Source: an uncultured Acidobacteriota bacterium (GTDB lineage Bacteria > Acidobacteriota > UBA6911). From it: a stretch of 64,000 nucleotides of DNA. The position numbers were made by a program, and so were the translations under genes. Positions 1 to 10,800 of the stretch are shown here, in pieces; within the stretch, counting starts at the first letter, position 1; each line of letters starts with the position of its first letter. Under the pieces are notes generated by a model that did no database searches, had not been told where the DNA came from, and saw only the letters and a list, made by a program, of their open reading frames with translations. Location of the stretch: NCBI GenBank assembly GCA_963827655.1, contig CAWHCF010000004.1:32001-96000 (forward strand), given 5' to 3'.

Positions 1-699
1 CAGGTTGAGCACCGGCTCCCCCTGGCTGCGGAAGAGCACGCCCGCGTGGACCGACGGCAGGAACCCGCTCTGCCAGAGTGAAGCGCCTCCGCTTGTGCCG
101 CGGCCCGCCGACAGGACGACGTAGCCCGGAAGGTTCTTGGACTCGCTTCCCAGCCCGTACGTGAGCCAGGAACCGGCCGTCGGCAAGCCGAAGAACGGGC
201 GGCCGCAGTGCAGCACGAGCTGCGCCGGGTGGTGGTTGAACTGATCGGTGTGCATCGACCGGACCATCAAGAGGTCATCGGCACACGTCGCCAGGTGAGG
301 CACGAGGTCGCTGAACTCCATGCCGCATTGACCGTGCTTCGTAAAAGTCCGCTTGCTTCCGAGCAGGACGGCCGACTCCTTCTTGATGAAGGCGAACCGG
401 ACGTTCTTGGTCAGCGATTCCGGCAGCGGCTGCCCGTCGAGGGCGTTGAGCTTGGGCTTGGGGTCGAACAGGTCGATCTGGCTCGGCCCTCCCTCGAGGA
501 AGATGCAGATGCAAGCGCGCGCTTTCGCGGGAAAATGCGGCGGCTTGGGCGCGAGCGGATTGACGCCCGGGACATCTTCGGCGGCGACGAGTTGACCGAG
601 CGCCGCCATCCCCAGACCGGACACGCCCGCGCCGAGGAAGTAGCGCCGGGTCATCTCACGGACGCGCTCGAATGCGCCCTCCTGTTCCTGCTTTTCCAT
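1..699 (-). CDS. DUF1501 domain protein (Tat-type N-terminus), truncated by the window start
   Basis: Not in the ORF track. Manual translation from ATG at 699 gives [30 protein letters not shown]...HFPAKARACICIFLEGGPSQIDLFDPKPKL, the typical DUF1501 start. The ATG overlaps the upstream stop codon (ATGA). Confidence 0.85.
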   Translation of the reverse strand, partial: MEKQEQEGAFERVREMTRRYFLGAGVSGLGMAALGQLVAAEDVPGVNPLAPKPPHFPAKARACICIFLEGGPSQIDLFDPKPKLNALDGQPLPESLTKNVRFAFIKKESAVLLGSKRTFTKHGQCGMEFSDLVPHLATCADDLLMVRSMHTDQFNHHPAQLVLHCGRPFFGLPTAGSWLTYGLGSESKNLPGYVVLSAGRGTSGGASLWQSGFLPSVHAGVLFRSQGEPVLNL

Positions 700-3600
700 C
701 ATTCCCTCGTTATGAACTCGTCGAGATTCAGGACGACGCGCAACGCCGCAACCCAGGCGGCGGCCTCGTCCGGCGTGGTGTTGCCCGGCATGTGCCGGCC
801 AACCAGCCGGGCCGCCTCATCCCGATGCATGGCGTAGTACTCACGCGCCGTCGCGAGTACACCCCGCAAAGAATTCAACTCCTGTTCCGTCGGCATGCGC
901 GCGACGCAGATCCTCATCGCCTGGGCGAGACGACTGGTTTCGTCCCCTCCTCCCGCGAGTACCCGGCAGGCCAGGGCCTGGGCCGCCTCCATGTGGGATT
1001 CGTTGTTCAGCAGCATCAGGGCTTGAAGCGGCGTATTCGAGACGGTACGGGCGACGCAGGCGACGTTGGCGTCCGGCGAATCGAAGGTCATCAGGTTCGG
1101 ATGGGGAATCGTCCGTTTGAAGAACGTATACATGCCGCGCCGGTAGCGGTCCTCCCCCTCGCTGTTCTTCCAGGTGAAATTGTTCGCGTAGCTCAGCTTG
1201 GCGAGGTCCTCGGGCATCGGAGGAAAGACGCTGGGACCGCCGATCTTGGGCGACAGAAGACCGCTCACCGCGAGGTGGAGGTCGCGGACGATTTCGCTCT
1301 CGACCCGGAAGCGGCTCTGGCGCGCCAGCAGCCTGTTCTCCGGGTCGAGGTCGGCGAGCTCGGGCCGGTAGCGCGATGCCTGCCGGTATGTCGCCGAAGT
1401 TACGATGGACCGGATGAGAGCCTTGCGGCTCCACCGAAGCTCGCTCGCGGAACTGCGCCGCAAGCCAGTCGAGCAGCTCCGGGTGGCTCGGCCGCTCACC
1501 GCGCACGCCGAAGTCGTCGAGAGTCCGGACCAGGCCGTTGCCGAAGAGGAGCTTCCAGACGTGGTTCACCGCGACGCGGGCGGTGAGCGGATTCTCGGGC
1601 GCGACGAGCCAGTTGGCGAGCTCGAGCCGGTCTGCCGGGGACGAGCGCGTTCCAAAGACTGTAGGGAATCCCGCCTGGACCTCCTGCCGCGGCGAGAGGA
1701 AATCGCCCCGGTCCAGCACGTGCGTCTTTCGCGGCAGCAGAGGGGCTGCGATAGTCCGGACGTCCATCGTGCGGGCGTCATGCTCCTTGAGCAGCGCTGC
1801 CATCTCCTGCCGCAGCGAGCGGACCCGCTCGTCGCGGACGACTTCGGTTACGTAGTAGTCGAACAGAGTGCGGCGAGTCCGCGCGACCCGCTTTTCCGGA
1901 TACATCTCCAGGCCGTCGGCGACGTCCTTGCGCGGAATGTGGAGACCGCGCACATTCCCGGTCAAGGCGGCCACTCGAAACCGGCCAATGGTGCGCCCTT
2001 CGCCGAACTGCTGGTCGAGCACTATGCGCAGGCGCGCGTTGGCGACCCGCAGGGGCGCCCGGGTGCGGAACTGGATCCAATGCGGTTCCCCCGGCTTGCC
2101 CGCCGCTCTCCAGCCCGAAGCGGAGTCCTTCTCCGGAGAGGGCAGCTTCGGCTTCGAATCCGCGCTCGGCGGAGTCGGCCTGCGCCCGCTGGAGCTCAAT
2201 GGCCTCGTCGGTCCCGTCTTCGCGGACGATGGACGCCCGGAACCCGGTCAGGACGAAGGTCCCATCGGGGCCTCGTCCGGGTCCCTTGGCCGGAAGCGAT
2301 TCGTCGGGCAGCACCCATAGCTTGAAACCGGTGATCTCCGGCGAAGCGGCGCGGGCTGTGACCGTGTATCGATCGCGCTCCGGGCCCGAGCGCACCAGGA
2401 AATCCGAGCCGGTCTTCTCGGCCGTCTCACTCCCAGCTGTGGACGTGAGCTCGAGCACTTCCAGCGGCTCCTCGGCGAGAGGCGTGCTCGGGATGGCCAT
2501 GATGCGCCGGTGTTCTTCCGTTTCCCAGGCGCGGGCGCCGGGCGCGAGCTCGGCATTGCGGGCGGCCAGCGCCTTCAGGAGGGGTGTGAGTTTCCGCTCC
2601 AGCTCCGGCATCTCGGATCCGATCGGCAGCTCCCCTGAAACCTCGTCCGCTTCATTGAAGAATGCGAACAGCCGGTAGTAATCGGCCTGCGGAATCGGAT
2701 CGTATTTGTGATCGTGGCAGCGGGCGCAGCCGACCGTGAGCCCGAGCCAGACTGTGCCGAGCGTGGCCGTGCGGTCGAACACCGCGGCAACCCGGAATTC
2801 CTCCTGGTCGACGCCCCCTTCCTCGTTGGTCAGGGTCTGCCGGTTGAACGCCGTCGCGATCCTGGTCCGGCTGGTTGCGTCCGGAAGCAGGTCGCCGGCA
2901 AGCTGCTCGATCGTGAAACGATCGAATGGGAGGTCGCGGTTGACGGCATCGATTACCCAGTCCCGATAAACGTAGGCGTCGGGACGCGCGCGGTCGGCCT
3001 CGTAGCCGTTCGAATCGGCGTAGCGCGCCAGGTCGAGCCAGTGGCGCCCCCAGCGTTCGCCGAAGTGAGGCGAGGCGAGCAGCCGGTCGACCAGGCGCTC
3101 GTAGGCATCGGGCCTGGTATCGCTGACGAACGCGTCGACGTCGGCAACCGGCGGCGGAAGCCCGAGCAGATCGTAGTGCAGCCGCCTCATGAGCGTGTAG
3201 CGGTCCGCCTCGGGCGACGGGGCGATTCCCTTTTCCTCGAGTTTGGCCAGGATGAAGCGGTCGATGTCGCTGCGGGCCCAGCTCGCCGCGCGCGGAGCAG
3301 GCGGATCGAATTTCCGGATAGGCTCGAAGGCCCAGTGCCGCGTCCAGACCACGCCCTCGGCGATCCACCGGCGCAGCGTCTCGATCGCCGCCGGGTTGAG
3401 CTCGTCCTTTCCCATCGGCATCCGCACCGCCGGATCCGCAGCGCGGACGCGGCGAAGCAGCTCGCTCGCGTTCGGATCTCCCGGAACGATCGCAGGCTGG
3501 CCACGTTTCGTCGGCGCCAGCGCCGCGTCACGGTCGGTGAACTTCAAGCCTCCGGCTGCGAGCCCCGCTCCGTGACAGCCGAGGCAGTTCTCGGCCAGAA

Positions 3601-3826
3601 TCGGCCGGACGTCCCGTCCGAAGTCGATAGCATCGCCGGATGTAGCCGGCTGCTGATTTCCTGAAATCAGTGGCGCGGCGATCCACAGGAGTACGGCCAG
3701 CGCTACAGCTATGGGACCCGATCGGCTCACGGCTCTGCTCGCGAAAGAGATTCGTAGGAGCGTCGCACGGAGGCGACGCAGGAACGTCACAGAATACCAT
3801 CGCGGCTTCGGCGAAGCAAACTTCAC
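699..3826 (-). CDS. PSD1/DUF1549-DUF1553 planctomycete cytochrome c domain protein (frameshifted near 2100 and 1440)
   Basis: Joins ORFs 1778..3826, 841..2199 and 699..1499. Motifs [73 protein letters not shown]. Confidence 0.85.
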
Positions 3827-3956
3827 GTTTCTTGACGTCGTTCGTGGTTAGTCGGCAACAAAAACCACTAAGAACGAAGCTCGAAGAAACGCCAGGAATC
3901 ATGATATCGTCGAATGCGCTGCCGTGAAATCAACGCAAATATAAGGAGAGAGCACG

Positions 3957-4811
3957 ATGCGATTGTGGGTTTTGCTTGTAGGCGTGATGTCGGCCTCACT
4001 GGTATCCGGGTGCGGCTCGTCTGTCAACATGGAACAAGAGCGCAATAGTTTGCTGGCGGTCGATCGCGAATGGGCACAGACCACGAAGGATCCGGACAAG
4101 TTCATGTCCTATCTCGCTGCGGACGCAGCAATGTACGCCCCAGGGACGCCCGTTACGACGGGCGCGGCGGCAATCCGCAAGGCCTTTACCGAGATGAGCT
4201 CGGCGCCCGGGTTTTCGCTTTCCTGGAGTGCCACCAAGGCCGACGTCAGTTCCACTGGAGATCTTGGTTACACGGTCGGCACGTACCAATCGACTATGGG
4301 CGGCGCCACCGAAAAGGGGAAGTACGTCACGATCTGGAAAAAGCAGTCAGGCGGTAATTGGAAGGTTTCCGAAGACATTTTCAATGCGGACGCACCCTCC
4401 CAGGCTCCGGCCGTGGAGCACGTGATGATGGCCGCCGGCGCCCTCAAGTGGGGTGACGGCCCGCCGAGTCTGCCTCCGGGTGCTAAGGTGGCCGTCGTAT
4501 CGGGAGACCCCACAAAAGCACAGCCTTTCGCGATTCGCGCTCAGATGCCCGCCGGCTATCGGATCCAACCGCACTGGCATCCGACCACTGAAAACGTCAC
4601 GGTTCTATCCGGGACCGTGGCGCTGGGCATGGGAGAGAAGTTCGACCAGTCTGCCATGAAGGATCTCCCAGCCGGCGGGTACGCCGCGATGCCGGCGGAG
4701 ATGCGGCACTTCTTCATGGCAAAGACTGCAGCAACGATACAGGTCCACGGTATCGGGCCGTTCGCCATCAACTACGTGAACCCTGCCGACGATCCAAGGC
4801 AAGGAAAGTAA
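3957..4811 (+). CDS. Lipoprotein with DUF4440/SnoaL-like domain fused to a cupin domain
   Basis: AAGGAG RBS; lipobox-like LVSGC; GDLGYT..GKYVTIWKKQ..G.WK..D (NTF2-like fold); PHWHP..E.VTVLSG and ..MRHF cupin motifs. Confidence 0.75.
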   Translation: MRLWVLLVGVMSASLVSGCGSSVNMEQERNSLLAVDREWAQTTKDPDKFMSYLAADAAMYAPGTPVTTGAAAIRKAFTEMSSAPGFSLSWSATKADVSSTGDLGYTVGTYQSTMGGATEKGKYVTIWKKQSGGNWKVSEDIFNADAPSQAPAVEHVMMAAGALKWGDGPPSLPPGAKVAVVSGDPTKAQPFAIRAQMPAGYRIQPHWHPTTENVTVLSGTVALGMGEKFDQSAMKDLPAGGYAAMPAEMRHFFMAKTAATIQVHGIGPFAINYVNPADDPRQGK

Positions 4812-4844
4812 CCCCATCGGTTTCCACAAGTCGACGGCCGGATA

Positions 4845-5306
4845 ATGACCCTTCTCTTTGCTTTTCTCATTGGATTCTTTGCCGGGCTGCGTTCGCTCAC
4901 GGCGCCCGCGGCGACGGCGTGGGCCGTGCGCCTGGGCTGGCTGAAGCTCGAGGGCCTGCTCGCTCTCATGGGCTCTCTCCCTGCGGTTGTGATGTTCACA
5001 CTGCTCGCAATCGTGGAGCTCGTGGCTGACAAGCTGCCAAAAACACCAAACCGGACGTCGCCCGTGGGCCTGATCACGCGCATAGTAAATGGCGCCATAA
5101 CGGGCGCGTGCGTTGCCGCTGGCGGAGGGCAGGGAATCCCTCCCGGCGCTTTGCTGGGCGCCGCCGGCGGTATTGTGGGGTGTTTCGGAGGCTATCAGGC
5201 GCGCACGCGGCTCGTGAAGGCGCTGGGCGTGCCCGACATCTACGTTGCCCTGCTCGAGGATCTGGTGGCGGTCGCCGGCTGCCTGTGGGTCGTTTCGAGA
5301 TTCTAA
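4845..5306 (+). CDS. DUF4126-family membrane protein
   Basis: Hydrophobic 153-aa protein with AGLRSLTAPA, ELVADKLPKTPNR and ALLED motifs. Confidence 0.75.
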   Translation: MTLLFAFLIGFFAGLRSLTAPAATAWAVRLGWLKLEGLLALMGSLPAVVMFTLLAIVELVADKLPKTPNRTSPVGLITRIVNGAITGACVAAGGGQGIPPGALLGAAGGIVGCFGGYQARTRLVKALGVPDIYVALLEDLVAVAGCLWVVSRF

Positions 5307-5317
5307 AGGGGCTCTAT

Positions 5318-5407
5318 TCTTGGTGTTTCTTCGTGTCTTTGAGTCTTAGTGGTATTTGTTAGACAGCTCTAACCACAAAGACACGAAGAAACGAAGAAAC
5401 ACTAAGA
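5318..5407. repeat. Octamer-period inverted repeat (CACGAAGA/CACTAAGA family), representative copy
   Basis: The left arm tcttggtgtttcttcgtgtctttgagtcttagtggt faces the right arm aaccacaaagacacgaagaaacgaagaaacactaaga. Related arms occur near 3826-3897, 14415-14605, 25041-25066, 33540-33595, 34918-35032, 37696-37730, 38661-38686, 45536-45808, 49877-49937, 55519-55555, 60783-60808 and 63473-63530. Confidence 0.8.
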
Positions 5408-5426
5408 GCACTTCTCTTGTGGCCGA

Positions 5427-5532
5427 CCGCTGGTTTTGTTGCTCGCGGCTCATGTACCGGATATGCAGCGCTCGCGTCGCGGACCTTGGGGGGGCCGTCA
5501 GCGGAATGTGATCTTGTTTTCAGCCCGAACCT
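5427..5532 (-). mobile_element. Diverged partial copy of the GGGYTCGCGCAGAAATA MITE
   Basis: The reverse complement aggttcgggctgaaaacaagatcacattccgctg...gcgagcaacaaaaccagc aligns by eye with the left part of the copy at 45545. Confidence 0.5.
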
Positions 5533-5848
5533 TGAGGTAGAAAGTTCTCGCTATCAGGAAAACCGAGGGTTCGAAGGCATCGTCACTCAAGCTTCGGTTT
5601 GGGCAGCGGATCGCCGACAGGTCTCCCATGTTCGTTTGCTTTTCTGACCGGCGTCTCACCACGTGGAATTTCACCACTCCAGCCCCAGGTTTACTGCAGC
5701 GGCACTTCGGGGAGACGGCCGGTTCAACCGATGGCCCGCAAGGCCTACCATTCGACACTCACCATCAAACCAGTTCAGCCGCTGGCCAACTCACGCCGAA
5801 TCGCGTCGCGGTCTGGTCGTGCGCACGGTCCAGGTTTCGGAGGAGGCA

Positions 5849-8800
5849 ATGAAGAGAAGCGTTTCCAACCTCGCGATCATCGTCGAGTTAGTGCTGGCGA
5901 TCTGTGTCATCGGATGGTCTGCACGCGCACAAACCACGCGCGGCACGATCACCGGTACGGTCACCGATGAGACGGGCGGCGTGCTTGCCGGGGCCCAGAT
6001 TACCGTACTAGAAATGGACAAGGGATTTACCTATGTGACCGTGACGAACGCCGAAGGCAATTACGTCGTGCCCAGCTTGTTTCCGGGACGATATCGGGTG
6101 GAGGCCGAAAACGCCGGCTTTCAAAAAACGGTCATAGAGCCCTTGCAACTGCACGTGGATCAGCGGCTGGCCGTGAACCTGACGCTGAAACTGGGCGAAG
6201 TCAGCCAGCAGATCGAAGTGACCTCGGAAGGCGAGCTGGTCCAGACCGGCAGTTCTTCGATCGGCCAGGTGGTAGGCACCAAGATGGTCGTGGATCTGCC
6301 CCTGAACGGCCGTAACTTTCTGCAGCTTGGATTGCTCTCCCCCGGCACCACCACCACTCCTCAGGGGAGCGACGCCGGCGGCCGAGGCAGTATTTCCATT
6401 TCGGGCAGCCGCACGGCGTCCAACCAGTTTTCGATCGACGGCATGTTCAACGGCGCTACCGCGTTCAATGATTTGAACGTCCAGCTTTCGGTGGATGCGA
6501 TTCAGGAATTCAAGATCCAGCGCAACACCTTCAGCGCCGAGTTTGGCCACGGGACAGGACAGGTCAACGTAGCTACCAAATCGGGATCGAACAGCGTTCA
6601 CGGGAGCGTCTATGAATTTCTGCGCAACGACGTGCTGGATGCGCGGCAATTCTTTGACGCCTCGATTCCACCTTTCCGGCAGAATCAGTTCGGCGTTTCG
6701 GTCGGAGGACCGGTTCAAAAGGACAAGACTTTCTTTTTCGCGAACTATGAGGGCTTCCGCTGGCGGCGACAGATTACGTTGATTGGCACCCTCCCTTCGG
6801 CCCAGCAGCTGTCGGGGAATTTCGCGGGAATGGCTCCGGTTCGGGATCCCTTGACGGGCGCGCCCTTCCCTGACAACCAGATTCCGCAGAACCGATTCTC
6901 TGCCTTGAGCCAGAGAATCCTGGCGTTTCTACCCAGGCCTGCCGTGGGTGGTGCGAACAACTACAGGACCAGTCCGGGATTCAGTCAAGACTGGGATCAA
7001 ATGACGTTTCGCATAGACCACCGCTTGTCGGTAAAGGATATTCTGTTCGGGCGATACACGTTTTATAAGAACCTCGATAGTTACTCACCCGGCCTTATTC
7101 CCTCAACCGGCATTACGAATGAGAACGCTCCCCACAATGCAATCATTCAATGGACCCGCAGTTTCTCTCCTTCTCTGCTCAATGACCTCCGGCTCGGATT
7201 TAACCGGGAGTTCTTTACGACGAACCAGGATGGAGCGAATGGAACCGATATTTTGCAGTTCCAGAACATTGTCGCGGATCCGGTCAACCACGGCTTACCC
7301 TTTATCGCCTTGCCCGGATACACGGGCTTTGGAACGTCACCCACCCTGCCTCAAATCCGAGGGTCGAACGTTTACCAATACAGCGACAACCTGACTTGGA
7401 TTCGCGGCCGTCACACCATGAAGTTCGGCGGAGGTTTTCGCAACGTCCAGCAACCTCATGTCCCGATCGTCTTTGGACGAGGCCAGTTCGTCTTTCAGGG
7501 GTTTGTTACGGGCAATCCGGTGGCGGACTTTCTGCTCGGGAACCCGTTCATAGCAATCGGAGCAGGGAAGCGTCCCATATCCTACATGTCTTTCCACTAT
7601 TACGACGGGTTTGTGCAGGATGACTGGAAAGTGGCGCCGCGCCTGACGCTGAATTCGGGGTTAGATACGAGCGGGTTGGGGTGGTTACTGACCGGTACCG
7701 GGGACGGCTGGGGGTGTTCGACGAGGCCACGGGCCAGGTGGTCACCGGAAGCGATGTCGACCAAAGGGGCCTGGTCAACCCCGACAACCTCGGCTTTCAA
7801 CCACGGTTTGGCTTTTCCTGGCAACCGTTCAGTGAACCGCACACGGTCATCCGGGGAGGCTACGGGATCTATAACGATGTGAAAGTAATCAATGAGCGAA
7901 ACTTCAGTCTGGGAACGGAGCTGGGATGGCAGCAGATCGTGGACGCCGGCACCTCTCTGTCGGTCTCCCCCCTTCCGTGAACTGGGACAGGTTGTTTCCG
8001 CCCGCGCCCGCCGGGTCCGGCCTGGGAATTCTTTCGGACGATCCCTTCTCACGCGATCCTTACGTCCAGATGTGGAGTCTGGGGTTACAGCGCGAGTTCC
8101 CTTTCGATGCCGTGCTGGAGGTGGGTTACGTTGGACAGGTCGGCCACAAACTAACCACGCGGCTCGATATCAACCAGGCGCGCCTGCCGGCGTTCCCGAA
8201 CGAGCCGCTGGCATCGAGACGCCCGTACCCGAATCAGGCGAGCGTTCTCATGTCGAAAGACCTCGCCAACTCGAACTACAACGCGTTGCAAATGAGGTTC
8301 GAGAAGCGCTATTCCCATAACCTGAGTTTCCTCTCCGCCTATACCTTCTCGAAATCTCTGGACAATGCATCGAACACCTGCGACATCAGCAGCTGCAACT
8401 CGGCGCAAGACAATCGCAACTTGCGCGCGGAGTATGGCCCGTCTTCCTTCGACCAGCGGCACCGATTCGTATTGAGTCCGATATACCTTCTGCCCTTCGG
8501 CAGCGGTCAAAAGTACCTCAACAGTCTGCCGCGAGGCCTCAATGCGCTGGCGAAAGGGTGGCAGTTCACGACCATCGTGACTTTCGCCAGCGGGACACCG
8601 TTCCCGGTGCAGGTAACCGGCGTCGATCGCACGCAGACCGGGACCTTTGGCGGTGGAAAACAATATGCCAATTGCATCGGGCAAGGCATGTTGCCGAGCA
8701 GTGAGCGAACCGTGGAGCGGGACTTCAACACCAGCGCCTTCGAGGTCGCGCCGATGGGAACGTACGGAAATTGCGGCCGGGATATCCTGGTTTCCCGGGG

Positions 8801-9005
8801 AACCAACAATTGGGACATCGCGTTCCTCAAGGATACGGCGCTCTCTGAGAGAACTACGCTGCAATTCCGGACCGAGTTTTTCAACGCCTGGAATCACCCT
8901 CAGTTCAACATCCCGGTCTTTGATCCCACGAGCCAGGCGTTCGGGAGGATCACTTCGGTCAAGCCGGCACGGGAGATCCAGTTCGCCCTCAAACTGATTT
9001 TCTAG
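5849..9005 (+). CDS. TonB-dependent receptor with carboxypeptidase-regulatory-like N-domain (frameshifts near 7660 and 7965)
   Basis: GGAGGAGG RBS; signal peptide; GTITGTVTD..G, LPLNGRNFLQL, DAIQEFKI, QDDWKV..LTLN; C-terminal REIQFALKLIF. Confidence 0.85.
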
Positions 9006-9033
9006 AGAAGGCTGAGTGGTCGCGCAAGGCGAA

Positions 9034-9240
9034 CGCCCCCGGAGGGGCGACGGAAATTAGCCCCGGAGCAAGCGAAGCGCAGCCCGGGGTTGCGGGATTA
9101 AAGTCACGCGCCCTGGAGGGGCGCGGGAGCATTGAGGGGCAGCGTCCAGCGCCCCTCCGGGGCGCATCTCTTTGCTTGTCTGTGACCGGGGGCGGCGCTT
9201 CGCTTGCCCCCCGGCTAATGTCTTTCGCCCTTTCAGGGCG
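9034..9240. repeat. REP/REPIN-like long imperfect hairpin (about 207 bp)
   Basis: The left half cgcccccggaggggcgacggaaattagccccggagcaagcgaagcgc matches the reverse complement of the right half (cgccctgaaagggcgaaagacattagccggggggcaagcgaagcgc). It contains four short CGCCC..GGGCG palindromes. Confidence 0.75.
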
Positions 9241-9357
9241 CGAGGTGGCGTAACCCTTTGTTCTGGCCAAAGCAAGATCCGTAAGGTTCAGAGCAAGCTA
9301 CCGCACTCCAAGAAGCGTTATCGCTTCCGATTGAGGGTAAAGGTCAAGGAAGAAGTC

Positions 9358-10619
9358 ATGATACTCCGGACAAAATGCAGATTGGTCTTAATGAGTGGTT
9401 TCTTGTGGGCTCTTCCAATGGCGAGCACAACGGAGAGCAGCGCGAAAAGTCGCTCTCCCAGCGCATCGCCGCGACCGATTGGGCCAAGATTCGGGGAGTC
9501 AACTACATTCCCTCATACGGCAGGAACATGCACGAGATGTGGCGCGACTACAACCATGAAGCTTTCGATGCAGAGCTCGCCATGGCCAGGAATGTGGGCT
9601 ACAACAGTGTTCGCCTCTGGCTCAATTATTTCGCTTTTGCCGAGCGTGGTCCCAAAATGGTTGACGCCGTCGAAGACGCCGTGAAACTCTGCCGGGAACA
9701 CGGTCTCAAAGTTCTGGTCACTCTTTTTGATGGTTGCGGCATTCGTCCCCGAGCGGATGCGCGGCTGATGACGGTCAAGGAAGCCTATGATCATTTTCTT
9801 GCCAGTCCGCGTCTATCGCAGCAGCAGAAACAGATAGTCAAATTCAATTACGAGCGATTCGCTCAGGGGGTAGGACGGAACATTCTCATCCGGGTCGGGG
9901 AAGACACTCCTCCGGACATTATCGTCTGGCAACACTGGCAGCCCAACCCAGGGTACGACAAATTGGGTGAGGAGTGGTGGCCCAAGCTTGACGTCTACGT
10001 GCGGGACATTGTCGGCCGGCTGGCTGCCAACGACACGATTCTAGGATGGGATTTGATGAACGAGCCCGAGCTTGCCTCGGAGCATCCCTTCACGAACGGA
10101 TTTAACGTTCCCGAGGTCCGGAATCGAGTGATGGGTTTCACTCGACATGTTCGCGATGTAATCAAGAAAGACTACCCCAACGAGATCGTAACCGTGGGCT
10201 TTGCCGCGTTGAAGTCCTGCATGGAACATGAATCACTCGCAGATGTGCTGACCTTCCACGTCTATGCGCCCGAAAGAATGGAGGCGGAAATCGAGCAGGC
10301 CCATTCCTTCGGCGCCAAGGTTGGCAAGCCAATCTTTATTACCGAGACCCTGGCCAACTTTTCGTTCATGCCTTACGACATCGAGAAACTCGCCACCGAT
10401 GAAGGCCAGCTCGAACATTACCGAAAAGTGTTACCCATCCTGATGAAATCCCCGATCGGCTGGATGGCCTGGGGGCTTGTGGTCGGGCGCATCTTCGATT
10501 CGTATACCGACATTTTCTACGCCAATGGCCATCCTCGACCGGCCGCCATTTACCTCGAGGGCATGCTCAAAGGCCGGACCGGTTCGGGAAGTGACGCAGA
10601 GAAACCGCAGAAAAAATGA
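9358..10619 (+). CDS. Secreted clan GH-A glycoside hydrolase (GH5-like); probable frameshift near 9445
   Basis: IRGVNYIP, GYNSVRLW, WDLMNEP (acid/base), FHVY and IFITE (nucleophile). The signal-peptide-like segment MILRTKCRLVLMSGFLWALPMA lies in another frame from ATG 9358. Confidence 0.7.
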
Positions 10620-10634
10620 AGGTGCCTACACAAA

Positions 10635-10770
10635 GGGTTCGCGCAGAAATAGGTTCGCATTCTGCTGCAGGCCCGAAGGGGCGCGATCAGCGTGCTTAGC
10701 TAATGGAAACCGGTTCATGATTGACCACCAACTCTCGCGCCAGAATGTGAAGTTATTTCTGCGCGAGCCC
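10635..10770 (+). mobile_element. MITE copy A (136 bp, both TIRs)
   Basis: Starts gggttcgcgcagaaataggttcgcattctg, ends cagaatgtgaagttatttctgcgcgagccc, followed by TAA; no coding capacity. Confidence 0.8.
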
Positions 10771-10800
10771 TAAGCATTCAATGATGATCTGGATCGTGCC

